64,000 nucleotides of DNA from Paramoeba atlantica (Eukaryota > Protista > Discosea), in NCBI GenBank assembly GCA_977017575.1, contig CDRNVI010000043.1:248001-312000 (forward strand). The letters are read 5' to 3'. Made by a program: the position numbers and the translations under genes. The notes below the pieces were generated by a model. It was not told the DNA's origin. It did no database searches and saw nothing but the letters and a program-made list of their open reading frames with translations. Shown in pieces: positions 60,304 through 64,000 of this stretch (the stretch's first letter is position 1; the number at the start of each line of letters is the position of its first letter).

Positions 60304-63171
60304 TCAGCTGCTCAACGTTTTGCGAACAATTTCAGCAACGTTTTTCGATAGCCCTTCTGTTTGCCCTATCATCTGCAAAAGTCCACGAATCGCAGCTTGT
60401 CGCCCTGGCGTATAATATCGAAGAAGTGCGAAAGCATTGACAACTCTCGCAGCAACCTGAGCGTTAAATTTGTCCAAACTAAGCACGTGCCGTGCCATGA
60501 AGGCGTATCCACTGTAGCTTGCATCATGGAAATTCACATGACTCCCTTCAAATGCTGCAATTAGTGAATATATACTGTTTGGATTCGTCTTCACAAAGCT
60601 CGAACTGTTATAAATGCTTTCAAGCTGTCCAATGTTATTCGGAACGTTCGCGGTGGCGTGCGCCCTGTACCATTTCAGGATCACGAGAGGTTCGTTCTTC
60701 CACTTTTCGTGAAACTCATCGAACGCTACGGATCGACTAGAACAGTTATAATTCAAAGATTGCAATGCAGCGATCTCATCTGTCATGTTCGTTGCTGATC
60801 GAAATCTCTGTAACAATCGCTTCTCAAATTGAGTATCTTCCAGACGAGCCAGCATTTCATAGGCTTTATTTACTATCGCCCTTCGTGCTACCTCGGCCGG
60901 TTTAGTGCTGTATACCACTGGACCAGTCTCTATATTATCGATAATTTGTTCCAAATGCCCTCGAAGTCGAAGAGAGAGCTCGGAATTTAGGAATTTGGTG
61001 ACATGGTGAAACAGGGGTGGGTCAAGAGTAGCGTGAGGAAACTCTGAGATCAATTCGTTTAGAACAGGTAGCGAGATGGCATGTGCTTTGAACTTGTTAT
61101 CAATTTTTTCATCAGTCAATATCGACTGAAAGCCTTTGACAACACAATCCTCAAAGAGATAAGAAAGTCTGCCGTCCTCGGAAAACAAAATTTCTCGTAA
61201 TACTTCATTGGATAACTGTTTCGCAGAGTTTACCCCAAATTCCGACGCTAGACCATGAAATTGCAAGAAATGTTGTCTTGCCTTTCGATATAATCCTAAG
61301 ATAATTTCACGGCATAAACTTTGCCCTGCATCATACCGCACAAATTCATCGGTATCATGACGGAGCAAAGTCATCAGATCTGTATCCTTTTGATTCTTTA
61401 TTCGGCATTGCACGGGGGCGCTAAAACCTCGTAGAGAGGATATAACGGGAGTAGACGCTCCACTATTGCTTAAGTGAAAAGTAAAGTAATTCTCCTTATT
61501 GTCGACGCGAAGAACAGCTTCAATAGTCTGCTCACACGAACTTGTTTGTCCATCAGTTTTCAAAATGAAAGAGAGTAGGTCGCCTGTTTTGGGGTGAAGG
61601 AATGCAATTCGAATAGGAATCAGAAGAGGTGTGGACTTTTCTGCGGTGTCTTTTAAGCCCGAAGAAATGTTTTGAGTAACTTTTAAAATAAGTATTTCAT
61701 TGGTAGAATCATAAGAGGGCTCCATTTCTACCATGGGTGTGCCAGCCGTAGAATACCACGAGCGAAACTGAGATAAGTCTTCTTCATTTGCGTCTGCCAT
61801 TGCTGACAGGAAATCTTCACATGTCACCGCTTGCCCATCGTGCCTTTGAAAATAGAGATCCATGCCCTTGCGAAACCCTTGTCTCCCGAGCAGTGTTTCG
61901 TACATGCGCACCACCTCGGCTCCCTTTTCGTACACCGTAGTGGTATAAAAATTATCAATGGTTTCGTACACATCTGGGCGCACAGGGTGAGACATGGGAC
62001 TTTGATCTTGAGCAAATTGACGAGAACGCACGACAGATATATTGCCCAATCTGGTTACGGCTCTGGAATTCATGTCGCACGAAAATTCTCCATCTCTATA
62101 AACGGTCAAGCCCTCCTTTAATGTCAACTGAAACCAATCGCGACAGGTTACTCGGTTTCCCGTCCAATTGTGAAAGTATTCATGACCTACTACCCCCTCA
62201 ATGTACTCGTAGTCAAAGTCCGTGGCAGTTTTTGAGTCAGCAACTATAACCTTCGTATTGAAAATGTTCAAAGATTTATTCTCCATTGCTCCCATATTGA
62301 AATCGTCCACAGCGACAACATTGAACAAGTCTAAATCGTATTCGCGACCGAAGGTTACCTCGTCCCATTTCATTGCCTTCTTTAGAGATGCCATTGCGTG
62401 ATCAAGTCTATTTAAATAGCATTCATCTGAGTACATGTGAAGGGCTACATTTCTACCGGACATAGTTTCGAAACTGTCGGTCTTCCTGGATAATTTGCCA
62501 GCAACGATCGCAAACAGGTAAGAGGGTTTAGGAAAAGGATCAACCCATCTTGTAAAGTGAAATCCTGGACGGCCTTGCATTTTCCCTGATTCGGAAAGAT
62601 TTCCATTGCACAACAAGACCGGATATCGACTTTCTTCTGCAATCAAAAGCGCATCAAACTTAGATAATACGTCAGGTCGATCAAAGGCATAAGTAATGGC
62701 ACGAAACCCCTCGGCTTCGCACTGCGTACAAAAGGTCCCTCCGCTCTTATACAAACCTTCAAGCTCTGTATTCTTTTGTGGCTGAATACAAACTTCAGTT
62801 GAAAGCTTCCACACATCAATAGTTGGCTCCTTTTCTTGATGTAGTAAATTGGGGGAGAGGTGGAGATTTTGATTTATTAGTTCATAGTTTTCTCCACGCT
62901 TCAGGACATAACCATTCAGCTTAAATTCATTTAATTGTAGCATTTTGTGGCCATGAAGTAGCAATCCATGTTCCTTAACGTATTGAAGAGGAGTACGTCC
63001 GTGTGCTTCAAGAAATGCGATGTCGGTGTGATCTTTCAAAACTATTTCAGTTGCACATTTTACAAGCGTAGACTCCTCGCCCAGTTCTATGTTCAAGGAT
63101 ATCTTCTGCACCTTAATGGGCAATGGTTTATATTCTTTGCGGTAAGTCAGCTTTGCGATGTCCGTACACAT
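60304..63171 (-). CDS. pepN: M1 aminopeptidase N (PepN type)
   Basis: TQCEAEGFR, DPFPKPSYLFA, GAMENKSLNIFN, HEYFHNWTGNRVTCRDWFQLTLKEG, YEKGAEVVRM, NAQVAARV. Confidence 0.97.
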   Translation of the reverse strand: MCTDIAKLTYRKEYKPLPIKVQKISLNIELGEESTLVKCATEIVLKDHTDIAFLEAHGRTPLQYVKEHGLLLHGHKMLQLNEFKLNGYVLKRGENYELINQNLHLSPNLLHQEKEPTIDVWKLSTEVCIQPQKNTELEGLYKSGGTFCTQCEAEGFRAITYAFDRPDVLSKFDALLIAEESRYPVLLCNGNLSESGKMQGRPGFHFTRWVDPFPKPSYLFAIVAGKLSRKTDSFETMSGRNVALHMYSDECYLNRLDHAMASLKKAMKWDEVTFGREYDLDLFNVVAVDDFNMGAMENKSLNIFNTKVIVADSKTATDFDYEYIEGVVGHEYFHNWTGNRVTCRDWFQLTLKEGLTVYRDGEFSCDMNSRAVTRLGNISVVRSRQFAQDQSPMSHPVRPDVYETIDNFYTTTVYEKGAEVVRMYETLLGRQGFRKGMDLYFQRHDGQAVTCEDFLSAMADANEEDLSQFRSWYSTAGTPMVEMEPSYDSTNEILILKVTQNISSGLKDTAEKSTPLLIPIRIAFLHPKTGDLLSFILKTDGQTSSCEQTIEAVLRVDNKENYFTFHLSNSGASTPVISSLRGFSAPVQCRIKNQKDTDLMTLLRHDTDEFVRYDAGQSLCREIILGLYRKARQHFLQFHGLASEFGVNSAKQLSNEVLREILFSEDGRLSYLFEDCVVKGFQSILTDEKIDNKFKAHAISLPVLNELISEFPHATLDPPLFHHVTKFLNSELSLRLRGHLEQIIDNIETGPVVYSTKPAEVARRAIVNKAYEMLARLEDTQFEKRLLQRFRSATNMTDEIAALQSLNYNCSSRSVAFDEFHEKWKNEPLVILKWYRAHATANVPNNIGQLESIYNSSSFVKTNPNSIYSLIAAFEGSHVNFHDASYSGYAFMARHVLSLDKFNAQVAARVVNAFALLRYYTPGRQAAIRGLLQMIGQTEGLSKNVAEIVRKTLSS

Positions 63172-63341
63172 TTTTTCAAAAGAAAAGTAAGAAATGCAGG
63201 ATGGAAAATGAATAACAAGCGTATTTTTGTGAAAGTGAATAGCAAAATTCTTCCGTGTTTAGACAAGAGCCCAAAAAGCAAAATAAAACCAATCCTCGAA
63301 TCTATAACAGTTATAGATTCCATCATAAAATGATATGTTAA

Positions 63342-64000
63342 CCCCCCTAGGCCCACCGGAAGCCTACCCCCCCCCCCCCCTTGGTCCTACCCCCGAACCC
63401 CGCAGCGGTACCAGTCCTGTACCGCCGCCTGCACAATCTGGGCATTCCCTCTCTGGATGGCCACCCCGATGGCCATTAAGAGATGGGCGAGACACCCATT
63501 CTTGTCCGATGAGTGGGCCCGGGCCACCTTGTTGAGGAAGGTCAAGGTTTCTGGGCCCGGGATCCCGTACGTGGAGAAGGCCAGAGGGTGGAATTCCATG
63601 CCCCTCACCAGCGCCATCTCCTCATGAGAGCGCCTTTTGTTGGCCTGAGCCATCCTCAGCGTGTGAGATGGCTCCGCGGCCTCCTTCTCCACGTACGACG
63701 GGGCCAGTGGGTTCACAACTGTGACGTCAACCAGGACGATCTTCCGTCCCAGCTGGAAACAGATGTCTGGCCCCCGTCCATTGTCGAACCTCGGCTCGTG
63801 GAGGTCCGGGTTGAACCCATAATGGACCAAGAGGTTCCGAAACGTCTCTTTGACGTTTTCTCTTTGACTGAGTTTTCCCCTTCACCTTCTTGCAGTCCAG
63901 TGCGTGTACGCAAAACTCCTCATTGCTGAGGGTTGCACCGCACACGCACTGGAGCTCAGGCTCCGAGGTCGGGGCGACCAGGTACCGGAGGCGGGCCGCA
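63342..64000 (-). mobile_element. 3' end of a CRE/SLACS-clade non-LTR retrotransposon (CCHC finger + restriction-like endonuclease), frameshifted, 5'-truncated by the window edge
   Basis: CVCGATL..EEFCVHALDC, then GPDI...VDVTVVNPLAPSY...NKRRSH...FHPLAFSTYG...GVAIQRGNA. Frame change near 63860-63880; abrupt GC rise at 63342. Confidence 0.88.

Larger units (their letters stand above)
1..64000 (-). other. Directional (polycistronic) gene cluster
   Basis: Every supported CDS is on the minus strand, none needs an intron, and spacers are mostly a few hundred bp. Confidence 0.9.

Noticed and set aside
1-64000. Blastocrithidia-like stop-codon reassignment or systematic programmed frameshifting
   Set aside because: Long conserved genes translate cleanly with the standard code and end in TAA, TAG or TGA; breaks cluster in homopolymer runs, consistent with errors or local decay

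Overview
Compact, intron-free eukaryotic DNA. About 36 host genes, a transposase and a retroelement remnant all lie on the minus strand over the full 64 kb. This, the A/G-rich plus-strand tracts ahead of genes (polypyrimidine+AG on the sense strand) and a kinetoplastid-like RPS15A point to one polycistronic gene cluster of a kinetoplastid, possibly a reduced Perkinsela-like lineage (inference). Most genes are housekeeping (ASF1, RPS15A, SEC3, Aurora kinase, TDP1, Derlin, UTP5, NOA1, SHQ1, RPT4, SERCA, PepN). The non-routine content is: (1) a complete 2.94-kb pogo-type DD30D DNA transposon with perfect 27-bp TIRs and TA TSD, whose transposase is fused to a Ulp1/C48 protease-like domain and which carries its own trans-splice acceptor, plus three non-autonomous TIR elements; (2) several GC-rich islands inside genes where synonymous sites flip from C-ending to G-ending codons around a centre, a strand-symmetric skew inversion suggesting origins or internal transcription starts; (3) a bacterial-type DUF2779 (Cas4/RecB-like + DEDD exonuclease) gene with a putative mitochondrial presequence; (4) about 52 copies of a 36-bp repeat inserted in frame in an alpha/beta hydrolase; (5) a cluster of long foldbacks and recurrent 1-nt-centre palindromes; (6) the 3' end of a CRE-clade retroelement not next to an SL-RNA gene. 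Protein calls rest on motif recognition by eye; no searches were run. Several frameshifts sit in homopolymer runs and may be assembly errors.
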